From Planctomycetota bacterium (GTDB lineage Bacteria > Planctomycetota > JAJSAM01 > JAJVHW01), in NCBI GenBank assembly GCA_965248445.1, contig CBDFJG010000001.1:544001-608000 (forward strand): a stretch of 64,000 bases of DNA. The letters are read 5' to 3'. Shown one piece after another: positions 40,661 through 49,048 of this stretch. The notes beneath the pieces are model-generated. The model did no database searches. It had not been told where the DNA came from and was given only the letters and a program-made list of their open reading frames with translations. Made by a program: the position numbers and the translations under genes. Position 1 is the stretch's first letter, and the number at the start of each line of letters is the position of its first letter.

Positions 40661-40760
40661 TGAGTGGACGTCATACAAGAAGGCCGGTCCCTGCCTCGGT
40701 GTAACCCGTAGCGGTTTCCAGAGGCGCTGACGGGCTTGCGAGCCCGAGGAGGAACCGGCT

Positions 40761-41804
40761 ATGGCAAAGGCTACACGTTTCGTGATCGGGATGGACCTGG
40801 GCGACCGCGTGGTGCCTGTGTGTGTGCTGGACCGCAAGACGGGCGAGATCGTGGGCGAAGGGCGCGTCGCGACGACGCGTGCTCGCCTGACGGAGTTCCT
40901 CGGCGAGATCGAGCGCTCGAAGGTGGTGATGGAGAGCGGGACGCACTCGCCGTGGATCAGCCGCCTCGCCGAGGGTCTTGGTCACGACGTCATCGTGGCC
41001 GATGCGCGTCGGCTGCGCGCGGTGTGGGACTCGCCCAAGAAGAGTGACCGCCGCGACGCGCTGGTTCTGGCGCAACTGGGGGCCGGGCACCCAGGGCTCC
41101 TTCATCCGGTGTCTCACCGGAGCGAGCGCGCACAGACCCACATGGTCGTGCTCCGAGCGCGCGAGCGTGTGGTCGACGCGCGTACGAAGTTGGTCAATGC
41201 CGCGCGGGGCTCGGTGAAGTCGCTCGGGTACCGATTGCCCGCTTGCTCCGCTCCGAGCTTCCATCGCAAGGCACGCGAGGCGGTGCCGGAAACCCTCGTG
41301 GACGCCCTGGCCCCGTTGTTCGACGCGATCGCAGCGTTGACGGAGAGCATCGCGCGCTACGACCGCGAAGTCGAGCGTCTCGGCCGCGACGCGTATCCGG
41401 TGACACGACGCCTTCGCGAGGTACCCGGCTGCGGTCCCGTCACCGCGCTCGCCTACGTGCTCGTCGTCCACGACCCAGAGCGCTTCTCGCGCAATCGCGA
41501 CGTGGGCGCGTACGTCGGTCTCGTCCCGCGCCAGGACCAGTCGGGCAAGATCGATCGCCAACTCAGGATCACGAAGTGCGGCGACCGGATGCTCCGCCGG
41601 CTGCTCGTGCAGTGCGCGCACTACGTGCTCGGACCACACGGGCCCGACAGCGACCTGAGACGCTGGGGTCTGGAGCTGGCGCAACGGGGCGGGAAGAACG
41701 CGAAGAAACGGGCGACCGTCGCGGTCGCCCGCAAGCTCGCCGTGCTCTTCCACGCTCTGTGGATGAAGGACCGCGCGTACGAGCCGCTCGCTCGAGCGGC
41801 GTGA
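40761..41804 (+). CDS. IS110-family (IS1111-type) recombinase/transposase, intact
   Basis: GMDLG, MESG, KSDRRDA, VPGCGP, GLVPRQDQSG, AVARKL. Confidence 0.95.
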   Translation: MAKATRFVIGMDLGDRVVPVCVLDRKTGEIVGEGRVATTRARLTEFLGEIERSKVVMESGTHSPWISRLAEGLGHDVIVADARRLRAVWDSPKKSDRRDALVLAQLGAGHPGLLHPVSHRSERAQTHMVVLRARERVVDARTKLVNAARGSVKSLGYRLPACSAPSFHRKAREAVPETLVDALAPLFDAIAALTESIARYDREVERLGRDAYPVTRRLREVPGCGPVTALAYVLVVHDPERFSRNRDVGAYVGLVPRQDQSGKIDRQLRITKCGDRMLRRLLVQCAHYVLGPHGPDSDLRRWGLELAQRGGKNAKKRATVAVARKLAVLFHALWMKDRAYEPLARAA

Positions 41805-41849
41805 TGACCGACTGAACACCACGAACAACACGGGAGTCTGATCGACCGA

Positions 41850-42080
41850 GCAACGCGCCCACCCGGGCGATGCCCATCTCCCAACTCGAAGGCGCGACGA
41901 CTGCGGTGGCTGAACGGGCCCGGCCCCGGCCGAGGCCGCGTAACTGATGGCAGCGTCGCCCTCGAGCGGATGCCTCAACGTGCACCGGGTCCAAACGACC
42001 CCCTGACGAGTGCGGATGGATGCGTGCAGAGGGAGCCGGCATCGGCTGCGGTGGACGGATCGCCAAGTCGATCCGACGCC
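41850..42080 (+). ncRNA. Predicted IS1111 seekRNA/bridge RNA (boundaries approximate)
   Basis: Downstream non-coding end holds segments matching both flanks of the insertion site. Confidence 0.6.
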
Positions 42081-42105
42081 TTGACACAAGAGGCCTTCTC
42101 ATGGA

Positions 42106-43632
42106 CGTTCAGCCATTGTGTCTGAGCCCGTATCCAGATCTCCGAGCGGGTTGACGATGAACACCATGTGGGCAAGGACGACCTCCGCGAGTTGATCGAG
42201 CGGCAGTCGCGGCGTCTCGCTGCCCAGGACGAGAAGATCGCTGAGCAGCAGCGTGTCATCGAGGGGCAGCAGGAGGAGATCGCAGATCTTCGGAACCGCC
42301 TGAAGCGGGATTCGCGCAACTCGTCGCGGCCGCCGTCCTCGGACGCGCCGTGGTCCAAGCGTCGGCGCCGGCGAAAGCCCCCGTCGGACAAGAAGCAGGG
42401 CGGCCAGCTGGGTCACGAGGGCAGGACGCGGCGGCTGGTGGACGAGGACGAGGTCGATGACGTCGAGGACCACCGCCCGAGCGAGTGCTCGAGCTGCGGG
42501 GGCAAGGAGCTCGAGCCGCTGGCGCGTCGTCCGCACCGCCACCAGGTGTGGGAGATCCCGCGGGTGCTGGTCCCGGTGACCGAGCATCGTCTTCACCGTG
42601 CGCGCTGCCGGGAGTGCGGCGAGGTGGTGGCGGCGGCGTTGCCCGAGGGCGTCACCAAGAGCGCCTTGGGCCCGCGGCTGAGCGCGCTTGCGGCATCCTT
42701 GAGCGGCGTCTACCGCGTGAGCCGCCGCGAGGTCTCCCGGCTTCTCTCGGAGGTCTTCGGTGTGACGATGTCGCCCGGCACCGTGAGCGCCATCGAGGGA
42801 CGGCTCGGTGAAGGGCTCTCGCTGCCGCACATCCAGGCGCTTGGCGCGGTGCGCACGAGCTCGGTGGCCAACGTGGACGAGACGCCGTGGAGCGAACGTG
42901 GCGAGCTGCGCTGGCTCTGGACCGCGGTGGCCGAAGGCGTTACCGCGCACCGCATCGACTCCCGCCGCAACGCGGCCGCGATGAAGCGCCTGATCGGCCG
43001 GCGCTATCGCGGGGTGCTGGTGACCGACCGCATGGGCGCCTACGACAAGCACCCGCTCAAGAGGCGCCAGCTCTGCTGGGCCCACTTGGAGCGCGACTTC
43101 CGCGCTCTCGCCGAAGGGCCGCGGGGCGGATGGGTCTTCGGCAAGAAGGGCGTCGAGATCGCGGGGGCCGTGATGCGAGTGCACCGCGGCTTCCGCGGCC
43201 ACGGCGACCGCACCCGGCTCGCGCGCCAGCTCCGCGATCCCAAGCGCCGGCTCCGCCGCCTGCTCGAACGCGGGGCACGCGCCAAGCACTGTCCGGTCAG
43301 GGGCATGTCCAAGCACCTGCTGGCGCGCTTCGATGCGCTCTTCACCTTCGCCGAGGTCCCCGACGTCGACCCTACGAACAACGCCGCCGAACGCGCGGTC
43401 CGCAAGCCGGTGCTCTGGCGCAAGGGCTGCTACGGCAGCCAGTCCGCTCGCGGCGAACGCTTCGTCGAGCGAGTGCTCACGGCCACCGCGACGCTGCGCC
43501 GCCGGGGGGGCAAGTCTTCGACTTCCTCGCCGACTCGCTCGCCGCGCACGTCTCCGGCGCCGACCCACCCGTCCTCGTCAGCCTGCCGATCCCGCGCTGA
43601 GGATCAGGGCCCCCGAAGGGCTGAACGGGTAC
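42106..43632 (+). mobile_element. IS66-family element copy C; left IR cut by the IS1111-type element
   Basis: Starts at CGTTCAG (IR missing its first bases); ends CTGAACGGGTAC. Confidence 0.85.
42168..43600 (+). pseudogene. IS66 transposase with a frameshift in a G7 run near 43505
   Basis: Conserved C-terminus QVFDFLADSLAAH lies in another frame. Confidence 0.85.
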
Positions 43633-43730
43633 GTCGAGGTCGCCCGCAATGCGATCACCGGCACTCCGGCTCCTCGGCTCGTCCCTCAGGCCGCCTCGGC
43701 CTGAGGCTGGATACCCACGTGAACGGGTAC
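43633..43730 (+). mobile_element. 3' end remnant of a further IS66
   Basis: VEVARNAITGTPAPRLVP* tail then IR GTGAACGGGTAC. Confidence 0.6.
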
Positions 43731-43737
43731 TCGCGCT

Positions 43738-44061
43738 CTACCGGAGACTCCAGGTGACTCGCCCGTTCTCTGCCCCCTGTTCCAGTATGACGACCGACAT
43801 CAATGGCGACTTCAGTCGGACGTCTCGACTGTCCACAATCTCACCGCCCGCGATCGTCTGTGACACCGTCTCCTTGTCCAGCGTGTTGAAGTAGACGGTC
43901 AACCGCGAACCAGCCGGTTCGGGAGCGTCATTCCGTACGACGACCGCCCGTCCTCGTCGAGGGAGGTTCGGGGTCGATCTGATCCAGATCCGGAACGTCT
44001 TCGCGCGCGACAGCGCTGAGGTGGTCGTGATGTCGCGGGCGGTGTCGGGCGTTCCATCCAC
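43738..44061 (-). pseudogene. 3' stub of an unknown gene between IS66 ends
   Basis: Open frame from the IS boundary to a stop; no start codon. Confidence 0.35.
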
Positions 44062-45593
44062 GTACCCGTTCAGGGTATGACGATCCGCGGCCTCAGCGCG
44101 TGATCGGGAGCGCGACGAGAGCCGGCGGCGAGCGGTTGTGCGCGAGTGCCGCGCTGACGTCTGCGAGGTAATCGAAGACGCTCTCGCCACGCTGGCGGAG
44201 CGTGGCGGTGACGGTCAGGATGCGCTCGACGAAGCGGAGTCCGCGCTCGCTCTGACTTCCGTGCGTTGCGCGTCTCCACAGGACCGGCTTGCGCACCGCG
44301 CGCTCAGCGGCGTTGTTCGTCGGGGAGACGCCAGGGACGTCGGCGAAGGTCCACAGAGCCTCCGCTCGGTCGAGCAGATGCCGAGTCGTTCCGCGTACTC
44401 GGCGGTGCTTGCTGTCTGCGCCGCGCACGAGCAGCGTCAGGAGTCGGTCCCATGTGAGACGCAGCTCACGCCGCATGCGGTCGCGGTCCCCGTGCTCGCC
44501 GAAGTGACGCTGAGCTCGCATGACAGCCTGGGCGAGACGCACGGCCTGCTTGCCGAAGCGCCGGCCGCCGCGCGAGCCCTCGGCCAGCGCTCGAAAGTCC
44601 CTCTCGAGATGCGCCCAGCAGATCTGGCGGCGCTCGGTGGGATGCTGGTCGTAAGCGCCCATACGGTCGGTCACGAGGACGCCCCTGAAGCGCTTGCCCA
44701 CGAGTCGCCGCATGGCCTTGGCGCTCCTGCGCCGATCGATACGATGGACCGTGGCGTGCTCACAGACCGCGCTCCACAGCCAATGCAGCGTGCCACGACG
44801 CGACCACGGTGTCTCGTCTACATAGGCGACGCTGCTCGTGCGTACGGCCCCGAGGGCCTCGATGTGCGCTGAGGAGATGGCTCCCGACACCCGCTCCTCG
44901 ATCGCACTGACCGTGCCCGGTGACATCGAGACGCCGATGACGTCACGCAACAGACGACTGGTCTCGCGCCGCGACAGGCGGAAGACGCCGACCAGAGCCG
45001 CGGTGAGCGCACAGAGTCGCGGGCCGAAGGGACTCGCCGTCACACCGCTTGGCAGCGAGGCAGTGGACGTGGCGCCACAGTCCGTGCACCGTGCCCGGTG
45101 CAACCGGTGCTCGGTCACCTGGATCAGCCGTGGCGGGACCTCGAAGACCTGCTGGCGTGTCGGGGCGCGATCGATCGGGACGAGCACGTCGCTCCCACAC
45201 GCGCTGCACTCGCGCGGGCGGTGGTCCTCTACGCCATCGACCTCGGACTCGTCCACGAGCTTGCGCGTCGCCCCTTTGTGGCCGGGCTGCGCACCCTGGC
45301 GCTTGTCCGACGGCGGCTTGCGCCGCCGCCGCTTCTTGGACCACGACGGATCCGAGGACGGTGGGCGCGAGGAGGTGCGGGAGTCCCGGCGAAGACGGCT
45401 CTCGAGATCGTCGATCCGTGCCGCCTGCCGCTCGATCACCTCCGCCTGCTCGGCAATCGTCTCGTCCCGAGCGTCCAGACGACGGGTCAGGCGCTCGACC
45501 AGATCACGCAGCTCATCGGTGCCCACATCCGATTCATCGACCGAACGGAAAGCGATCTGGATCCGAGCTCAGAACCAAGGGCTGAACGGGTAC
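44062..45593 (-). mobile_element. IS66-family element copy B2 (apparently identical to B1); no target duplication
   Basis: Same IRs and identical translated ORFs as 36525-38056. Confidence 0.95.
44093..45526 (-). CDS. IS66-family transposase
   Basis: Identical protein to 36556-37989. Confidence 0.95.
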   Translation of the reverse strand: MGTDELRDLVERLTRRLDARDETIAEQAEVIERQAARIDDLESRLRRDSRTSSRPPSSDPSWSKKRRRRKPPSDKRQGAQPGHKGATRKLVDESEVDGVEDHRPRECSACGSDVLVPIDRAPTRQQVFEVPPRLIQVTEHRLHRARCTDCGATSTASLPSGVTASPFGPRLCALTAALVGVFRLSRRETSRLLRDVIGVSMSPGTVSAIEERVSGAISSAHIEALGAVRTSSVAYVDETPWSRRGTLHWLWSAVCEHATVHRIDRRRSAKAMRRLVGKRFRGVLVTDRMGAYDQHPTERRQICWAHLERDFRALAEGSRGGRRFGKQAVRLAQAVMRAQRHFGEHGDRDRMRRELRLTWDRLLTLLVRGADSKHRRVRGTTRHLLDRAEALWTFADVPGVSPTNNAAERAVRKPVLWRRATHGSQSERGLRFVERILTVTATLRQRGESVFDYLADVSAALAHNRSPPALVALPITR

Positions 45594-46200
45594 ACGCGCG
45601 CTTCGTGGTCACCAACGTCTCGCGCAGCTACAAGCCCGAGACGACCTACTGCAAGACCTACTGCGGTCGCGGCGACGCCGAGAACCGCATCAAGGAACTC
45701 AAGGGTGGCCTGGCGGTGGATCGCACGAGCAACTCGAGCTTCCTGGCGAACCAGTTCCGCGTGCTGATGACCGCGGCGGCCTACGTACTCTTCCAGGAGT
45801 TACGCTACCAGTTGCGCGGCACCACGGCCGCAGTCTGGCAGGTGCACACGATCCGCGAACGGCTGCTCAAGATCGGCGCCCGCGTCGTGGAATCGGTGCG
45901 CCGCGTCGTCGTGCATCTCGCGGCGGCCTGCCCATGGCGCGAGCTGTGGTGCCGCGTCGCGCGAAGGCTCGGCGCTGCGCCGGTCTGAGCGCAGCCGATG
46001 GCCAGAAGAACGACACGCTTCCGGCTACCGGTCCGTCCAGACCTCGTCCGCGCGGCGGCAAATGGACTTGAACGCCCCCTCGGAACGAAGATCCCGCCGT
46101 CCGAGACCCCGCCGACCTCGGTGAACGCCGCAAGTCGAGCGCCCGGGCGCTCGGACCGGCCGAGGGACGCCATCGCGAGCGTCGTCATGAATAGTGCGGG
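45594..46200 (+). mobile_element. 3' remnant of a second IS1380-family element (transposase stub to 45988)
   Basis: RFVVTN, RGDAENRIKELK, FLANQFR; end ATGAATAGTGCGGG followed by CTAG. Confidence 0.8.
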
Positions 46201-46338
46201 CTAGCAGGCGGGCGCGACCAGGTCAGGCGATCCTCGGGATGCGTGCAGATGGCCGACTGGCCGTCAGCGCGTCTAGCAACTTGGGCTAGTTGCAGGTGTC
46301 CCGCGTTGTACGCCGGTGACCGCTCGGTCAAGCGCGTT

Positions 46339-47490
46339 CTAGAGCCTCTCCGAGCCGAACTTGTTGTCGCCGGTGTACGTGTTCGCGCCGTCGCCGGCGG
46401 TGTCGTCCAACTCCTTGCCGCCGCTCTTCTTCGTCTTGTTGAGGGTGAAGGTGTTGCCGGTGCCGGAGACGTCCACGCCGTCGTTGCCGGCCTTCGTGAT
46501 CTTGTTCGCCGTCACGCTGTTGCCGTTGCTGCGGACGACCAATCCGTCCTCGTTCACCTTGCTCACCTTGTTGCCGTCGATGACGTTCGCGTCCGAACCG
46601 ACCTCGACGTCGATGCCGTCCGATCCTGTCCCCTCGATCTTCTGGAACCTGTTTCCGCGGATCGTGTGACCGCCGGTCCCGAGCAGCACGATGCCGTCTC
46701 CGAGCGTGCCCTTGACCTTGTTGGAGAAGAAGCTGTGTGCAGAGCCCTCGACGAGGATTGCCTGATCGCCGCTGCGCAGGCACACGTTGCGTTCGAACGT
46801 CGCTCGCTGCGAGGGGTTCTCCGCGTCCGTGTTCAGGGCGACACTCGCCGGGTCGAGCACCTTGTTGCGCGAGATCATGTTGTCGTCGCCCGCGATCTCG
46901 ATGCCGTCGTCCTGCGGGGCCTTGACCGTGTTCCTAGTGACGATGCAGTCGTGCGATGGGATGCGGCCCTCGCGGACCTCGTGGTCACCTCCGAGCGTGA
47001 TGGCGTCGCGTCCGACGCCCTCGACGCGGTTCTTCTGCACGGTAACGCGACGCGAGTCATCGACGCGGATGCCGTCGGACGCGCCGCCGGTCACGCGGCA
47101 CTTCTCGATCACCACGTCGGTCGAGGAGAGCACGTAGATGCCGATCCCGGCGGCGTCCTCGACGCGGATCTTCGAGACGTCGATGTTCGTGGAGTTGCTG
47201 ATCGTGAGACCGGTGCCGAGCCCCGACGCGTCGATCACGACCTTGCCCTTGCCGCGAATCTCGATGCCGTCCTTGCCGTCGAGCACCGGCGTTTCGGCGT
47301 AGGTGCCCCTCTTGATGACGATGACGTCGCCCGTGTCCGCACTCGTGAACGCCGTCTGGATGTCGGGGGCGGTGGCGCTGGGGACCTGGATCGTCGCGGC
47401 GAACGCCGGACCCATGGTCGCGAACGTCATGACAAGTGCGAGCGCGACCCGGAATCGGGGAGACCTGCTGCGCGGCGGCATCGGCGGCAC
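46339..47490 (-). CDS. Secreted right-handed beta-helix (NosD/pectin-lyase-like) protein
   Basis: Signal peptide; IQVPS...DIQTAF...GTYAE; DGI repeats. Confidence 0.85.
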   Translation of the reverse strand: MPPMPPRSRSPRFRVALALVMTFATMGPAFAATIQVPSATAPDIQTAFTSADTGDVIVIKRGTYAETPVLDGKDGIEIRGKGKVVIDASGLGTGLTISNSTNIDVSKIRVEDAAGIGIYVLSSTDVVIEKCRVTGGASDGIRVDDSRRVTVQKNRVEGVGRDAITLGGDHEVREGRIPSHDCIVTRNTVKAPQDDGIEIAGDDNMISRNKVLDPASVALNTDAENPSQRATFERNVCLRSGDQAILVEGSAHSFFSNKVKGTLGDGIVLLGTGGHTIRGNRFQKIEGTGSDGIDVEVGSDANVIDGNKVSKVNEDGLVVRSNGNSVTANKITKAGNDGVDVSGTGNTFTLNKTKKSGGKELDDTAGDGANTYTGDNKFGSERL

Positions 47491-47867
47491 CTCCTGGCTT
47501 CGAGATGGCTGTCTGCGAGCGACGGGAATAGTGCGACTCTATCGTCGCGACGGCGTCCGGTGTTCATCCCCTCGACGTCGCGTTTGGCGCGAGGACGCGC
47601 TCGGCGGTCGCGTCGTCCGGTTTGCTGCGTCGAAACTCCACGGTGCGCCGCGGAGATGCCGCAGGATGGCGTCGACGACCCTCGGATTCACCAGCACCGC
47701 GAGCAGCGCGCGTCAGGCAGGGTGACTCGGGCGGCGCGGGTCGTCAGCAAAGCCACGAGCGACGACGCTCGGAGCCTGCCGCGCAGTCACTCTTGGGTGA
47801 CCAAAGCGGGCGACGATCCCCGCATTCTGAGAGTCGGAGGCGCAAGTCACTGGCTTGCAACGAGTTG

Positions 47868-47899
47868 GGTGTGGCACGCCCGTGAGGAGTCGAACCTCA
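47868..47899 (-). repeat. att-like 32-bp duplicate of the tRNA-Arg 3' end
   Basis: GGTGTGGCACGCCCGTGAGGAGTCGAACCTCA also at 48935-48966. Confidence 0.9.
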
Positions 47900-48276
47900 G
47901 GACCGCTCGCCACTTCGTGCCCGATGTGGCGGCAGAGTTCCTCGGGGACGCGGTCCAGCTCGACGAGTAACTCCCGCAGCGTCTGCCCCTCGACGTACTC
48001 CATCGCCATGAAGTGCTGCCCGCCCGTCGCGTCGCAGTCGTAGGTGCGGACGACGTTCGGGTGCCGGACGACCTTGCCGATCTCCGCCTCACGCAGGAAC
48101 CGTTTGAAGAAGCCCGGCGTCTCCAAGAGGTGCGCGTGGACCACCTTGAGCGCGACGCGCGTGCCCTCGTCCAGCCCCGGCACGCGACCGTCCACGACGG
48201 CGGCGTAGACCTTGCCCATCCCGCCGGAGCCAAGCTCGCGGTCGATCAGATACGGGCCGAGGCGGTTTCCCTCCAC
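47900..48276 (-). pseudogene. N-terminal fragment of a Ser/Thr kinase truncated near the att repeat
   Basis: LGSGGMGKVY, VALK, RFLREA, HPNVV, MEYVEG; no HRD or DFG. Confidence 0.85.
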
Positions 48277-48346
48277 GTGCGAAGGCTACCAAGGGAGCGG
48301 GCTGTCCAGCGGTGGCGAGATGGAGTGCGTACGTCGTGTGACCGGA

Positions 48347-48835
48347 TCAGCGCTCCTCGTCCGGCCGCAGAAAGCGATGGACGTCCGGTGACGCCGAACC
48401 GGCAAGTTCTTCGAGGCAAGCGACTGCGCGTGCGCGACCACCCAACTCGATGCACGAAGCATCGGCGTGCACATAGAGCAGACCGGCGACCGCTCCCGCC
48501 CGGCGCAACGGGACGCATGCAACCGTGACGCACTCGAGATCGAGGATCGAAGGAGCAGGCGTGACGTCCGGCCGGAGGACGTCGATCAGGCTGACGCCTC
48601 GCCCCCCGTCCACCACGCGCTGCACGGCGACCCTCGAGTACAAAGGCGTGCCGGAGGGAACGGTGCCGTCGTCCAGCCGCCCGCGGACGAGGCGCGGCCG
48701 CTCCCCGGCGTCAAGAGCGAGCAGCAGTGCGGTCTGGGCACCGGTGACCTCCAGTGCCCGCTGCAAGAATCGGTCAGCAGCGTCCACGTCGCCCTCCGGT
48801 GAGCATTGCGGCGATCCCGCCGGAGCCAAGCTCAC
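48347..48835 (-). CDS. GAF-like domain protein, probably a fragment
   Basis: YSRVAVQRV, SILDL...VACVPL...GLLYV. Confidence 0.5.
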   Translation of the reverse strand: MSLAPAGSPQCSPEGDVDAADRFLQRALEVTGAQTALLLALDAGERPRLVRGRLDDGTVPSGTPLYSRVAVQRVVDGGRGVSLIDVLRPDVTPAPSILDLECVTVACVPLRRAGAVAGLLYVHADASCIELGGRARAVACLEELAGSASPDVHRFLRPDEER

Positions 48836-48938
48836 GGTCGATGCGGTTGGGGCCGAGGGTCTCGGGAGTCACGGCGGCACGGTATCAGGGTGCGGTGGGC
48901 CGAGTCGCCGGGCGGGACCTTCGCCGAATTGGAAGGTG

Positions 48939-49015
48939 TGGCACGCCCGTGAGGAGTCGAACCTCAAACCTCCTGATCCGTAGTCAGGTGCTCTATCCAA
49001 TTGAGCTACGGGCGC
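48939..49015 (-). tRNA. tRNA-Arg (ACG)
   Basis: GCGCCCG acceptor stem, anticodon loop CTACGGA, GGTTCGAC T-loop, encoded CCA. Confidence 0.96.
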
Positions 49016-49048
49016 GCCGGTCCCGCCTGTGAGGCAGGGTCGGTCGTC

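Larger units (their letters stand above)
36464..40679 (-). mobile_element. IS110-group element with CT core at both ends, interrupted by IS66 and IS1595
   Basis: Minus-strand ends CTtgtatgac... and ...gacgggatCT; long 5' non-coding end. Confidence 0.8.
36454..42105 (+). mobile_element. IS1111-type (IS110 family) element whose left end is split by the nested IS110
   Basis: Reconstructed IRL ATGAG|AAGGCC (36461-36465 + 40680-40685) is the reverse complement of IRR GGCCTTCTCAT (42092-42102); long 3' non-coding end. Confidence 0.7.

Noticed and set aside
43500..43512. Programmed frameshift in IS66 copy C
   Set aside because: Sister copies are single ORFs; a homopolymer indel or sequencing error is simpler.
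36525..45593. Composite transposon bounded by IS66 B1 and B2
   Set aside because: B1 has its own target duplication and the outer flanks do not match.
47868..47899. Second tRNA gene
   Set aside because: Only the 3' part is present; no D or anticodon arm.
29576..48939. Prophage or anti-phage defence island
   Set aside because: No phage structural, integrase, restriction, toxin-antitoxin or other recognisable defence genes.
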